A DNA stretch of 64,000 nucleotides, from positions 186,001-250,000 of the forward strand of contig OW569373.1 of NCBI GenBank assembly GCA_937625935.1, given 5' to 3'. The notes below the pieces were generated by a model. It did no database searches, was not told the DNA's origin, and was given only the letters and a program-made list of their open reading frames with translations. Numbering within the stretch: the stretch's first letter is position 1; each line of letters opens with the position of its first letter. The translations under genes were made by a program, and so were the position numbers. Positions 10,255 to 21,682 of this stretch are shown here, one piece after another. Source of the DNA: Tetramitus jugosus (taxonomy: Eukaryota; Protista; Heterolobosea).

Positions 10255-12699
10255 TTAGTTTCGCGAAGCTTGCTTTCTAAATCGTTCAAATTCGGCATTG
10301 TCAGATACGAGTTCAGATGGTTTTCGTTTTCTTTTTTGCCTGCCTTCTGCAGGTGTAGTGGGTGTGGTTGGTGGAGGTATAATGATTTCGTCTTCGAGAA
10401 GGAGTTCTGATTCATTCTCATCTGATGAAGGTTCTGTCTCTTCATCGTCAATCATTGCTCTGTTGCTGTTGGGCGATGAGGTTGTAGCTGGACTCTTGTT
10501 CGGTGTTTTTCGTCTTCTGCGTGCTGTTGTGGACGAGGATGCAGCGGAGCGTTTGTTCTTCCTGTTGGCACCTGTAGGAGTAGAACAGGATTTGCTCTCC
10601 TGAGAAACCATTACGAGTGCCTTATCTCTGATTTCCCTAAAGTTAATTTCCGGTTGACCATTGGATCTGTGGCGTTGAGATTCGTCCAATATCAGGAAAG
10701 TCTTGTCCCAACCATTGTGCTGTGGTCGATTGACTGATGGCTCAACAACCAAATCAATCCGATTGTTCCATCTGCTGAGATAATTGAACTGTTCGGGCTT
10801 GTTCGTCTTTGGATTCATCCAAATTACTTGACCATCGGCTGTGATGACAGAGTCAATTGTTTTCTTTGGTGTTCTGAACTGGATTTTATCTCCAGGCATA
10901 ATCAAACCAAAAGCAACAAGCTTCTCTGTTGTAATTCTCTTGGGTGGCTTGCGCCTTGTGCCATCACTCTTTCGTGAGATATGTTTTCCATCCATGTCTT
11001 CGTCATCACTGCCATATGTGTTGTTTGACGATGGTGTCATTGGACTAGCCAACAGAGACTTGTCTGTTGTTGAGTTCGTACCTATAAGGACCTGTAAAGG
11101 AGTGACTGTAGTGGGAAGCGATGACGTCATGGATTCAATTGAAGAAGAAGTAGAGAGAAGCGTTGAAGCCACCGAAGGGATTGATGCTAACAGAACAGAT
11201 TGCGTCGTGTGGACGGGATAGACAACATGAAGTGGAGTAGAGGGTAAGATATCATGAGGCTGCTCAGAGCACAGCAGAGAATTCGATTCAAGCATTGAGA
11301 GAGCAGGAGGAGCAAGTTTTGGTGATCGCGAATAATCAGGATTGACCTTGTCGAATATACTCCTGAACAGAGCTTGTCTCTGATCAGCAGGTATCACTTC
11401 ATCTACCTTGTCCATAATCTCCGGTATGGTTTGTTGTGGAGTGATGACTTGCTGCTGCTGGTGATGATGATGCACATTTGTAATCATTGTGGTTGTCGAC
11501 AATGGCGTCGAAGCAACAGCACTTGCAATCTGTTGGTGATTGATTGGCCCTTGATTCATCACAGATGCGTTCGGTTCCTGCTTCACTGGTTCTTGTTGTA
11601 CTCTCTCTTCTGTGGTTATATTGGTAGTAGGTGTTGAGGATGACGATGAAGGTTCACCACCAGTACCAACACTGTTGATTCGATTCTCTCCAGCCAACTC
11701 TGCAAACTGCTTCTCCAACAATTGCTTTGCCAGTGTCTTGTACTGAATCTTCTCTCTCATTTCATCTTCCATCTTCATCTGGAGAACGTGCAGCATTTGC
11801 TTGACATCGGATCGCAAATACTCTGAAACGGTCATTTGATTGGCTTCTTCTGCTTCTTGAGTGGCTGTTGAATTCGGGTTCAATGTCTCTCTAATGCATG
11901 ATCGAATGGTCATCCGAAGTGATCGATGAGAATTCAATTTTCTTCCCAGTTCTCTCATGACTTGTTCCACAGATCCTGTTGTTGTTGGTGTAGTTGTTGT
12001 TGCGTCAATTGTAATCGTCTGAGGAGTTGTCGTAAGAGTATTAGTCTCAGCAGCAGCAGCATCAGTCGTCGAAACAGGAACAGGAGTAGTGTCTGGATGT
12101 GCAGATGACTTCAATTGTTCCACTGCATCCATGTGATGCTTCTCCTGTTGTTCATCCTGCGACTGTGGTTGTTGTTGTTGTTCAGTTGTAGGAGTAACAG
12201 TGGTGGTAGTGGCTAATGTTGTTGTTGCTGTTGTTGCTGTTGTTGCTGTTGTTGCTGTGTGTTCCTCAATATTCGTATTGTTGTTTTCATTCTCACTTTT
12301 GACCAACGCTGTTGTTGGAGTCGAATGTTGTTGATTACTCAATTGTTCATTCTGTTGCTGTTGTTGTTGTTCCTGTGGAGGAGTGCTCTGAAGAGATGAT
12401 GATGATGATATTGGAGCTTGTTGTTGTGGTTGCTGTTGATGGGGAGGTGATGGAGTACAGGTCAAAATAGATGAATGATCATCCAACCAACAAACCAAGT
12501 ACTGCAACAAGTCATCATACCTCGGATGTTTCTCTATTTGATCCATGAGTGCATGACTCCACTCGTGGATGGGTGTGGGATGAGCATGGAGGATATCGAG
12601 GAGTTGATGTGGTTGAACAATGGGTATTTTACCCCTCTGTAACAGTTCTAATCGGTTAGTGGAACCATTGGTCGTGCTGTTGTGTTGATGATTGGTCAT
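10255..12699 (-). CDS. Low-complexity putative nuclear protein with a C-terminal RAMA-like domain
   Basis: ITTEKLVAFGLIMPGDKIQF...SVITADGQVIW...FNYLSRW...NGW resembles the RAMA domain as recalled; basic NLS-like clusters. Confidence 0.65.
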   Translation of the reverse strand: MTNHQHNSTTNGSTNRLELLQRGKIPIVQPHQLLDILHAHPTPIHEWSHALMDQIEKHPRYDDLLQYLVCWLDDHSSILTCTPSPPHQQQPQQQAPISSSSSLQSTPPQEQQQQQQNEQLSNQQHSTPTTALVKSENENNNTNIEEHTATTATTATTATTTLATTTTVTPTTEQQQQPQSQDEQQEKHHMDAVEQLKSSAHPDTTPVPVSTTDAAAAETNTLTTTPQTITIDATTTTPTTTGSVEQVMRELGRKLNSHRSLRMTIRSCIRETLNPNSTATQEAEEANQMTVSEYLRSDVKQMLHVLQMKMEDEMREKIQYKTLAKQLLEKQFAELAGENRINSVGTGGEPSSSSSTPTTNITTEERVQQEPVKQEPNASVMNQGPINHQQIASAVASTPLSTTTMITNVHHHHQQQQVITPQQTIPEIMDKVDEVIPADQRQALFRSIFDKVNPDYSRSPKLAPPALSMLESNSLLCSEQPHDILPSTPLHVVYPVHTTQSVLLASIPSVASTLLSTSSSIESMTSSLPTTVTPLQVLIGTNSTTDKSLLASPMTPSSNNTYGSDDEDMDGKHISRKSDGTRRKPPKRITTEKLVAFGLIMPGDKIQFRTPKKTIDSVITADGQVIWMNPKTNKPEQFNYLSRWNNRIDLVVEPSVNRPQHNGWDKTFLILDESQRHRSNGQPEINFREIRDKALVMVSQESKSCSTPTGANRKNKRSAASSSTTARRRRKTPNKSPATTSSPNSNRAMIDDEETEPSSDENESELLLEDEIIIPPPTTPTTPAEGRQKRKRKPSELVSDNAEFERFRKQASRN

Positions 12700-12817
12700 T
12701 ATTCATACACCAGAAGGAGATCGTTTTCGCGCCAAGTTTTGCGTGAGTTTCAGATACGGGGAAACGAAAAAAAAAGAAACGGTCAGAGGAACTACAAATA
12801 AACACAGTTACTCAGAT

Positions 12818-14908
12818 ATGGCAAAGAGTAAACATGTTTTGCATGGAGCATTAACAGCCCAGAGAGAAAAGAACGATCCCATCATAAAAGCTGCAAATGT
12901 CCTAGAGTCATCAAACAGTTACAGCAGGGCTGGCAGAATGAGTGAGAGTTTGTTAACTGGTAAGGATGCTCTGTTAATGAGTTCAAATGCACAAAAGAAT
13001 CGTCAAAACAAGGACAAAAACAAAGAAGAGGAAAATTCAAAATCCCCTGACATGAGAGCCAGTTGGGATGTAACTCGGTTGAGGTCAGTTCACAAAGAAC
13101 TATCATCCACAGCTCTGTCGAACTCCAACAGTACGAATAACAACAAACTTCAACGAGATGATGAAGAGAAAGATATCGAAAATGTTAAGAATATGACAAA
13201 TTCTGAAGGATCATATTCTTTCAAAACTGTTCCACGAGATAGCAGCAAGTTTAGACACTTCCTCGGGGAGAATGTAGTTAACTACAACAAACTGATAGAG
13301 AACGAGAAGTCTGGTAACGAGAGCAACGAGATGGAATTCCAAAACTTGGGACCTGGTCATTACCAAGTCCGATACGACATTATCGATCATAACCCTCATG
13401 CACACACCTTCCTACCTAAATCTAGCCATAAACGACGATCGAAGTCTCAACAAGAATCAGTTAACAAAGAAGTTGAATCCAAAGAGTATGTACCTTTCGA
13501 AAAGGATTCTAGATGCTCTGAAATCCAAGATCATCCAAAGTGGTATGATAAGAACCGAGGGCCGACATCAATGTTCAAATCCACTTCAGCAATCAGAGAA
13601 CTCCCAAGGAGTAATCTTGTTGATCAGTTTTATGATAACGATCAAACAAAATTCTCCCACCCACGTCCTATAACAGCTGCCAATTTCTCCAAAGACATAA
13701 CAAGAGCTCAAGCGTCCCTTGTTGGTCGTGTTGGAGTGTATAGCGCTCCAGATACTTACTACGATAAATGCTTGAATCTAAATGTTACCCGACCGACATT
13801 AACAAAAGGAATGACGTTTGACCAGATGAGAGTGAGCAGAGATAAACAAAGGAGAGCAGGGAGACATAACATCTCTTTAATCGATTACGACGTTGAAAAC
13901 AATCCGAAAGTTAACTATCCTAACTGGGGACACTTTTACGATGTCGATGAGGCTTTATTGAAGAAGAACTTGGGAGATTCCCGTCACAAATCTATCGCTA
14001 CAACCAACCACGTTAGGATGGATAAACAGCTTGGAAGATCAGATTTCTATGGAAGTAGAGAAAATTCTGCCGGTCAGGTTGAGCAAGAAGGTTCCGATGA
14101 TATGTATCCAGCAACGAGTATCCTGTCTACGAATCAAGCCTATGATAAGACTCACCAAAAACTCATGTTTATTACTTACTTTGACAAGATGAAAAAACGA
14201 CCAGATTATCTCTATCGTATTCCAGATCATAATAATCTGGATTACGATGCAGAATTGACTTCAGTGTTCCCTCGATCTCCGAATGCAATTATCATGCCTG
14301 AGAAACCTCCTAAGGATACAATTCAAGACGAGTTAATAACAGAATTCTATGATCAGAAGTATTCGATTGTGCATGAGAGGCCAAAAGCAATCGACTTTTC
14401 TCGAAACGCGAAAAGAAATGGACAAACGACTGCAAAACTAATGAGGAGTAATGCTACATCGTTAGACATGTTTTATGATGTATCTAGAGGACTACAGTAT
14501 TTGGAACCAAGATTGCAAGGTGATCCCATGATGAAAACTCAAAAAGGAAGAGTAGAGTTGTACCAAACAAGTAAGAAGAAGAAAAAGAAGAAGAGTTTAG
14601 CACAGAAGAAAATTGATGAATTCAAGAAAAAGAGAAGACAGGCAGTACCTAAGGAATTTACCGACTACATTGACATCAATGAAACCATGGGATGCGTAAA
14701 GAAGAAATCTATCCGTGACTCGTACGTGGACTATGCTAGATCTGTGAGCAAAGATGCCAATGAATTCGAGAAGAATCAAATTCTTCGAAAAAGGGTGAAT
14801 AACAAAGCAGTGGAACCTAGCTGTGTAACATACACTCCGATTTATTCTCAAGTTGAACCCAAACCAAGGAACATCTTCTTAGGGAAACCAATTGCCAACA
14901 TACCGTAA
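12818..14908 (+). CDS. SHIPPO/STPG-repeat-like protein, possibly flagellar
   Basis: LGPGHYQV plus recurring degenerate (F/Y)YD...P...F units; first ATG at 12818. Confidence 0.55.
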   Translation: MAKSKHVLHGALTAQREKNDPIIKAANVLESSNSYSRAGRMSESLLTGKDALLMSSNAQKNRQNKDKNKEEENSKSPDMRASWDVTRLRSVHKELSSTALSNSNSTNNNKLQRDDEEKDIENVKNMTNSEGSYSFKTVPRDSSKFRHFLGENVVNYNKLIENEKSGNESNEMEFQNLGPGHYQVRYDIIDHNPHAHTFLPKSSHKRRSKSQQESVNKEVESKEYVPFEKDSRCSEIQDHPKWYDKNRGPTSMFKSTSAIRELPRSNLVDQFYDNDQTKFSHPRPITAANFSKDITRAQASLVGRVGVYSAPDTYYDKCLNLNVTRPTLTKGMTFDQMRVSRDKQRRAGRHNISLIDYDVENNPKVNYPNWGHFYDVDEALLKKNLGDSRHKSIATTNHVRMDKQLGRSDFYGSRENSAGQVEQEGSDDMYPATSILSTNQAYDKTHQKLMFITYFDKMKKRPDYLYRIPDHNNLDYDAELTSVFPRSPNAIIMPEKPPKDTIQDELITEFYDQKYSIVHERPKAIDFSRNAKRNGQTTAKLMRSNATSLDMFYDVSRGLQYLEPRLQGDPMMKTQKGRVELYQTSKKKKKKKSLAQKKIDEFKKKRRQAVPKEFTDYIDINETMGCVKKKSIRDSYVDYARSVSKDANEFEKNQILRKRVNNKAVEPSCVTYTPIYSQVEPKPRNIFLGKPIANIP

Positions 14909-15037
14909 GATTTCATTCCATGCTTTCAGAATTACTTCAATAAAACCATTTATTTCATTGTAAATTCTGTCCGGCCAGCCATCGGACTAATTTTACAATA
15001 TTTGCGCAAATTTTGCTATTTTTTGTAAACTGATGCC

Positions 15038-15110
15038 GGGGACTTAGCTCAGTTGGTAGAGCGTGTGCTTCGCATGCATAAGGTCCCGAGTTCGATTCCC
15101 GGAGTCTCCA
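15038..15110 (+). tRNA. tRNA-Ala(CGC)
   Basis: 73-nt cloverleaf: acceptor GGGGACT/AGTCTCC with G3:U70, anticodon arm TGTGC-TTCGCAT-GCATA, GTTCGATTC T-loop, A73, T-run at 15117-15120. Confidence 0.97.
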
Positions 15111-15156
15111 AGACACTTTTCTTCCGTTCTCCTTTACCCCCAAAGTAAAAAAAGAA

Positions 15157-15581
15157 ATGCTGTGGAATTTGTTCAAGGTCATCCTATTGCTGATCAACAG
15201 CGTTGCCATTTTGAATGAAGAACGATTCCTTCGAAGGAGTAAGTAAGCTTTTACAGGAACGTTGGTCGATCTTATCAATTCGACAAATTCATTCTTCGTG
15301 ATATTAACACGTTTTTTATCGTGATTGTAGTTGGATTTGGATACCAACCGGATGTGGTGTCGAGTGGAACTGTGAAAGGACAAGTCATCAATCTTTTGCA
15401 TGCTGTGAGGACTCTTCTCAGATGTAGGTTTCATCATTTGTTGTTTCTGTGTTTGAACGTTTGTTCATATTGCTTAGTTGCTCACCCTCAATTGATGGAC
15501 ATGTTGCATGTTTTTACGAAAATAGTGCCATTGATCTTGGCAAACATTTTCACTATGATTATTGTGCTGGTTGTTGGATAA
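15157..15581 (+). CDS. YOS1: Yos1/IER3IP1 ER-Golgi transport protein, 3 exons, 76 aa
   Basis: Exons 15157-15238, 15331-15423, 15526-15581 joined by GT-AG introns give MLWNLFKVILLLINSVAILNEERFLRRIGFG...KGQVINLLHAVRTLLRLPLILANIFTMIIVLVVG. Confidence 0.93.
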
Positions 15582-15707
15582 TAGAAGCGAGATCGACCGC
15601 AACATGGATTGTTAATTGTATATATATAAATGGATAAAGAATAATTTGACATTCGATTAGTTGATACGAGTTTTATTCTCATTGTATATGTGCTGTTTGT
15701 TGACTTT

Positions 15708-18590
15708 CTATTTCTTGTTATCTTCACCACTATCGTCCGATGGTGGCGTTCTTATCAGCCCTGAGGAGAATGATGCCGAGAGACCTGAGCCAGCCTTGTT
15801 GCTGCTGTTCGATTTGCCCTTGAGAATGGATTTTGTAGGAGTGAGTGATTTGGAGTGCTTGGACAGGGAGGATGGAACAGTGGGCGATTCGGCACTGTCC
15901 GCATTGAATGACACTCGAGAAATATTCAATTTTGTGGGTATGGGTCGCGTGCTTGACTTGCTGCTTCCATTGCTGATACTGCTCTTTCTGACTGGCTCAC
16001 CTGCAAAGCCATTGTATGAAGTCGATAATTCTTGCGGTGATGGTTGATACTGTCTTCTCATTTGTTGCATGAGTTCAGTTGCTGCCTTCTTTTGTTGAAC
16101 ATTCGTGCCAGGATCAATCTGACCTGATGAAAGTTTGTGCAGTAGTTTCATTAGCTTACGCTTTCTCTTGAGTGCTTTGCGTTCCTGCGAATTAGAAACT
16201 GGCCAGAAATCGTCATCTGATCCATAGGCAAGCTCTCCGTGATCAACAACACTGGAATCAGAATCACTACTCGATGAATAGGAACAATTGGAGAGTGCTT
16301 CCTCATACTCTTCAAATTTGTGTTCCACAACTGTTTCAACATTCTGTTTTAATTCATTGCGTAGCGCCTCTGTTATTCCACCTTCTCTCACAGCAAAGTA
16401 AGCATCTTCCATAATCAGAATGAAAATATTTAGCACACAATACGTGAACAGACACACGAATGATACGAGATAGATCCGACTAAAGTATGCCAAAAGTGCA
16501 TTTTGACCATAGATGGTATCAAAAGTGTCGTGCAATGCATCTCCGTTGGCTGCTGAAAACAGCGTCACCATACTATTCTGCAATCCTTGAAAGTATTGAG
16601 AATATGATCCAAATAGAAGCATACCACACATTCCGTATCCAATGAAAATTGGTAATGCACCAATAATGAAACGAATCACATTCGGGAGACCATTCTTGAG
16701 CGATGTGATCAGAATGTAGAAAGCTGGATTATGGGCAAAGTATTGGACGATATTACTCCATGAAAAAATGGCACTCAGACCCAGCAGAATATTGGAAGCC
16801 TTCAAATCAGCATACTGATATGAAATATTACTCAATGCAACAATCGAAGAGATGACCCCAATCACGTTTCCGACGATCGTGAGTAAATGCCTATGTAATA
16901 TAAAGAAGAAAATTGTGTTAGATGGGATACAACAACTCAATATTGAAACAAGTCTGTGTGAGCATGACATACCAAATATTGAAGAATCTTAGTCTCTGCT
17001 TCAACGTTGGATTGACATCAACCGTAGACATGGGTATCGAAATCTCAGAGCCATCACCTGGCGTAACAGGTGTTTGATAGAGTGATTCAGGTGAAGAGTT
17101 TACACCTACTAGGTTCATATTGCCTTCTGATGAAGCAGATGGTTGCTTATCCTCTGGAAATGAACCATACGTCGTATAGTATTTGAGATCATTGTCTTTT
17201 TTGGCTTTTCTAACAAGCCTGAAGGCACGTAGTACAGCTCTTAGCACCAAGAACATGGAAGTAGCCGATAGCACAATCACAACGATGCATACCCATGTGA
17301 TTGCCGAGAGAGCAACATTAGAGAATGTCACTATATATTTGAAAATGATATTGTTGAGAAATAATAAGTTAGTAATTTGCATCATTCAATGACAAGAGAC
17401 AACCATCATGATGTAATTGATGTCATGAGTGAGAACACATACCTCTTTGTTTGTTGGACAAGCACAATGAAACGTCAAACTTGGCCAATAGAGGGACTCT
17501 GCCACCCCGATCTTTAAAGTCATAGGTCAAGCTAACAGTCCACAATAACACTTCTGGGTACTCCCTCTTAATAAATATGGTACGGAATGCAAAGTCTAAT
17601 CTCATTTCCAGTAAACTATGAAAATAGGATCGTAGCTCGCTCGTCGAAGCATCAGAAAACGGACTAGGAAAGTTTGGTGTCAAATAGTATTGTTCCTGCC
17701 TCGTTTCCTTATTCAACGGTTTTGAAAAATCCATCTTAATGTCTAGATCCAGCGTTTTGTACAGCGTATTCAACATGCGAATCGGTTTTATCGTGTATGT
17801 ATCATTCGAGTCGGCAGATGCACTACCTGTGGCCATTTTCATCAATAGACTCGTCGTTAAATCCTTGGAGTATCGATATTGATCGGCAGCATTGTAATGC
17901 GTTTGTTCTTGTTCATCTGCATAATTATAAACAAAATAATCCATGCTATGATTCGCAAATTCATAATACTATCAAAAGTCATCATCATCATCATTATCAC
18001 AAACAATATAATAAGAAGCGTTCGTTAGTCACCACTGCACACACTCTACAAACAACATGTGTGTTTCAAATGGTCAACAAATGTGTAGTATGCAGCATCT
18101 CCCTCTCACCACCAATGAATTGCACACCAACCAAAACATGATCGCGCACACTAGTGCCAATCTCTCGTGCACACACTTGGAACACATGGAACACATGGAA
18201 ACAAATAGAGAGACATACATTTTGAACTGTAGTTTCCAAATGCTCAACAACATCCTCCATCTTGTAAAATGAAAAAGTGGCATATCCGTTGAGACTCTCC
18301 TTGCTCTCTTCGAATCCCTCTGGCAAAAAACTGTTGACAATGGTTCCTCCAGCAGAAAACAAGTAATCTTCTCTCTCACGAGCAAACAAAAAGACTTGTA
18401 CAGTCACAAACACGACCAACAGGAGATGCGTGACAAACTTGAATGGAAATCTCCGATATTTGATAAATTTTTGCCAAAAACTCATTTTAATGGAGTCTTT
18501 TACTGGCATTTTGGGCATGAGTTTGAATGACTTGACAGAATCGAGTGAATCTTGAAGCCTTTTGAGCCTTAAGGCTCTCATTTTCATCAT
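15708..18590 (-). CDS. Mucolipin (TRPML) cation channel, 4 exons, about 812 aa
   Basis: Exons 18590-18219, 17968-17443, 17330-16973, 16890-15708 with GTATGT donors and frame preserved. Motifs MSFWQKF..YRRFPFK, LPNVIRF, LFSAANGD, SRIYLVSF. Confidence 0.92.
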
Positions 18591-18906
18591 TGTTGTTTAG
18601 TTGTAAGAATGAAGGGTAGGTTGTTGTGTGTGATTAAATTGATGCTCTCAATGGTTGTTGTTAGTGGTTGGATGATGAGGATGATCGGTATGGTTGTTGC
18701 TGTGGTGCCATAGGTGTTGGTTGCAGTGTTGAGAGAGATAGTTAATGAGTTAATGAGTTCTATCTCAATGGTTAGCTTCTCACTGAAAAATTTATTTATT
18801 TGTTTGTGTGCAAAATGTCCAGCTCACCCACAGCTTTCGTGATGAAGGCGGATGTCCGAACAATTCTTCGAATCTAATATTTCTCCGCGAACGTTCGATT
18901 GTGATG

Positions 18907-18930
18907 TCCCGCCAATTTTGGTTTCGCGCC
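18907..18930. promoter_or_regulatory. Two E2F-like sites upstream of CKS1
   Basis: TCCCGCCAA (18907-18915) and TTTCGCGCC (18922-18930). Confidence 0.5.
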
Positions 18931-19054
18931 TGACTAGTCCGTTACGTTTTTCGGGTTGACCCTCTGACATGCTTCTTTCAAAAACACATCCATCGAAAGC
19001 TCGACCAAGCCATCATCACTCACCCAACCACTAGAACAAACACTACAACAAACG

Positions 19055-19466
19055 ATGGCCAACCAATTGAACCTTGAAGAACTTTCCAAGCAAATTGAAT
19101 ACTCTGAGAAATACTATGACGACAAGTACGAGTACAGGTAAGTTGTTTGATATCATCACTCACACTCATTTATGCACATTGTGTCACGCAAAGCACACAC
19201 TAACAACAAATGCAAATTGAATCTCTCAATCTAGACATGTCATCCTACCAAAAGACCTCGCAAGATTTGTGATCAAGTCCACAAACAAGCGTGACTTGAG
19301 TGAAAAAGAATGGAGATACTTTGGAATTCAAATGTCCAAGGGTTGGATCCATTATGGATACCATGACCCAGAGCCACACATTTTACTGTTCAGACGTTTG
19401 TTCAAGGGAGGACCAACACCAAGAGTTCAAATGGAAATGGAGATTTCCACCAATGACAGCTATTAA
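19055..19466 (+). CDS. CKS1: Cyclin-dependent kinase regulatory subunit, 2 exons, 104 aa
   Basis: Exons 19055-19137 and 19235-19466 (GTAAGT..CTAG): [21 protein letters not shown]...[26 protein letters not shown]. Confidence 0.96.
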
Positions 19467-19800
19467 GTCCATTGTGGATAACTATTCACCAGGCACAAGT
19501 GTAAAAAGACAATTCGTTCCGTGGCTAGGTTTCGCTCAAAGCATTTCGACCTATCAATCATCACATGGCAAGACTTGTACGCTTGCTACAATTAAGATTG
19601 CATTAAAATGACCACATACTTTTTCTATTCATTGATGCATCCTCTTTTTTCTGCAGGAGAGCGAACTGTCAAATCGTAGTTCCACCTGCACCGTCAAGTT
19701 CCCAAAAAAAAAGTTTCTGGGTAAAGAAAGCAAAAAAACAAACAACACACAGACATAAGCTCACGCATACCAAACAACCAAAAATAGTATTCGCACCATC

Positions 19801-21630
19801 ATGGTCAAGAGAAGATCCACAGAAGATAATGAACATTTGTTTCATCAACTCAGAGAAGAACAAAGAAAACGATACTTCCAACAACTGGAAAATCAGCGCA
19901 TGTCTGCTGAGGAACAAGAGAAGCTTCAAGTGCAACCCATTCGTGTTTTTCGTTCTTCAGTAGTCGCAAGACAAGAAGAAGGTGGTGGTGGTGGTGATCC
20001 AATGGTCGTCGATCATGAACAAGAAGAAGATGAAGAGTCCTATTTGCCAGTGGACTGCATGATTCACATCTTTTCATTCCTGAGACCAACTGATTTGTGT
20101 CATGTAATCTCTCTGGTTTGCAAGGGATGGAGATACGTCGGTCAAAGGTCGGACAGCATCTGGAGAGTGCACTACTTTAGACATTTTGAACCAAAGACCA
20201 TTCAAAATTGGGATCGATGGTTGAGTCAACATCAGGACAGTAGTGATGAGGAAGAAGGAGGTGGTGCGTTCAGTGGCACATGGATTGAACAATTTAAGGA
20301 GCGTTCAATATTGAGACAAAAGTGGTATCACAATAAGCCTCATTCCGTTGGTCATCTCGATATTTTGCAAAAGGAGTTGCTCAAGGATAGAGCGAGAGAT
20401 GGTACATTCTCTCGAGACCTCTATATCGTTGGCCAGGACAGTCATAGAGTAGAGGAAAGAAGAGCTGGATACTCGATCGATGTATCCAAGAGAACCCAGG
20501 TCGACAAAATGACAATTGTCGGAGATAAGCTCGTCTCTGTTGATTCTGCTCAGAGGATCAAGATTTGGAACTTGAGAACAAATCAAATGATTCAAATGAT
20601 TGAGGGAAATGGTAGTGAAATAACTGATATTGCTGCTACTAAGAACCATATCTACGTTGCCAGTGGACAGATGTTGCTTGTCTATGATATGCAAACTGGA
20701 TTAATGTTGAATGAGTTGAGAAGTAAGGTTCGAAAGACTGATTTGCGTGAGTTGTATGGACTAAATCAAAGTAATAGTGCTGCAAATGAACCACTTCTCA
20801 AGCTGTGCCTGAATCGTGATGAAACTCTTTTGTTTGCAGTTACAGCTGGGTCAGTTGAGGTGTACGATGCTCAACAACACTTGTTCAATTGTTCACTATT
20901 ACTAAAAAGATTAGTTCGCCGCAGACGTGCAGCCGCAAATGCATTGGCCATGTTGGATTCAGATGATGAGGATGACGCTCCAGTGCAACACAATGTAATG
21001 GCCGGCGATGATGTGGCAGAAAATGTGCTCATTGATGCACAATGTGGTCTTGTCGCTGTGTCCAAGAAATCAACTGCCAAGATTTATAACCTTGAGTCTG
21101 GAGTGTGCATTCAAACAATGGACATTAGTGATATATTGAAAAAGCAAAGCCTCAATCCAACAGCTCCTGTGCCCCAAGTCATTCTTCATAAGCTGAGTAT
21201 CGTGAATGAGTTGTGCATGGCAGTCGTATTACAATTGATTGACACAACATTGAATACCTCTGAATATTTTTTGAAATATTTCAACATTATGAATGGTACA
21301 TTTGTTGCAAATGTGGGATGCAAGATTAAGTTTCGTTCACCAGGTGCCCACCACCACAACCCTCCACTCTTTTTCGTGGACTCAGACAAGATTGTTTGTA
21401 TCAATCAATATGCGATGACATCCTCGGTATTTAATATTAATCATGGTGGATTGCTGTGTAGTGTTCCACTCAATCTATCAGCTCACCAGGCACTCATATC
21501 ATCTGGGCTGGCCAACGAGAGCTACTTGATTCTGGGTACAACCTTTGGTGGTATTGTTGTTTACAATTTTGGTGGTTCTCAGTTCTATTGGTCTGATTTA
21601 TCAGGAGGAAGATCTTTAACCACTGAATAA
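19801..21630 (+). CDS. F-box/WD40-like protein
   Basis: F-box LPVDCMIHIFSFLRPTDLCHVISLVCKGW; WD-like LVSVDSAQRIKIWNL. Confidence 0.85.
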   Translation: MVKRRSTEDNEHLFHQLREEQRKRYFQQLENQRMSAEEQEKLQVQPIRVFRSSVVARQEEGGGGGDPMVVDHEQEEDEESYLPVDCMIHIFSFLRPTDLCHVISLVCKGWRYVGQRSDSIWRVHYFRHFEPKTIQNWDRWLSQHQDSSDEEEGGGAFSGTWIEQFKERSILRQKWYHNKPHSVGHLDILQKELLKDRARDGTFSRDLYIVGQDSHRVEERRAGYSIDVSKRTQVDKMTIVGDKLVSVDSAQRIKIWNLRTNQMIQMIEGNGSEITDIAATKNHIYVASGQMLLVYDMQTGLMLNELRSKVRKTDLRELYGLNQSNSAANEPLLKLCLNRDETLLFAVTAGSVEVYDAQQHLFNCSLLLKRLVRRRRAAANALAMLDSDDEDDAPVQHNVMAGDDVAENVLIDAQCGLVAVSKKSTAKIYNLESGVCIQTMDISDILKKQSLNPTAPVPQVILHKLSIVNELCMAVVLQLIDTTLNTSEYFLKYFNIMNGTFVANVGCKIKFRSPGAHHHNPPLFFVDSDKIVCINQYAMTSSVFNINHGGLLCSVPLNLSAHQALISSGLANESYLILGTTFGGIVVYNFGGSQFYWSDLSGGRSLTTE

Positions 21631-21682
21631 GGATGCAAGACAATAAATGATACAAAGGTTTATTATTCATAGAAAATTCCGC

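Noticed and set aside
12692-12817. Apparent overlap of divergent ORFs through a TTG start
   Set aside because: The context is eukaryotic and the first ATG is at 12818. Non-ATG extensions at 3327, 6911, 33554, 43206, 51582 and 63081 were trimmed for the same reason.
15086-15102. A-C mismatch in the tRNA T-stem suggesting a pseudogene
   Set aside because: A single mismatch, with all identity elements and promoter boxes intact.
14955-15437. 160-aa minus-strand ORF
   Set aside because: It is antisense to tRNA-Ala and the spliced Yos1 gene.
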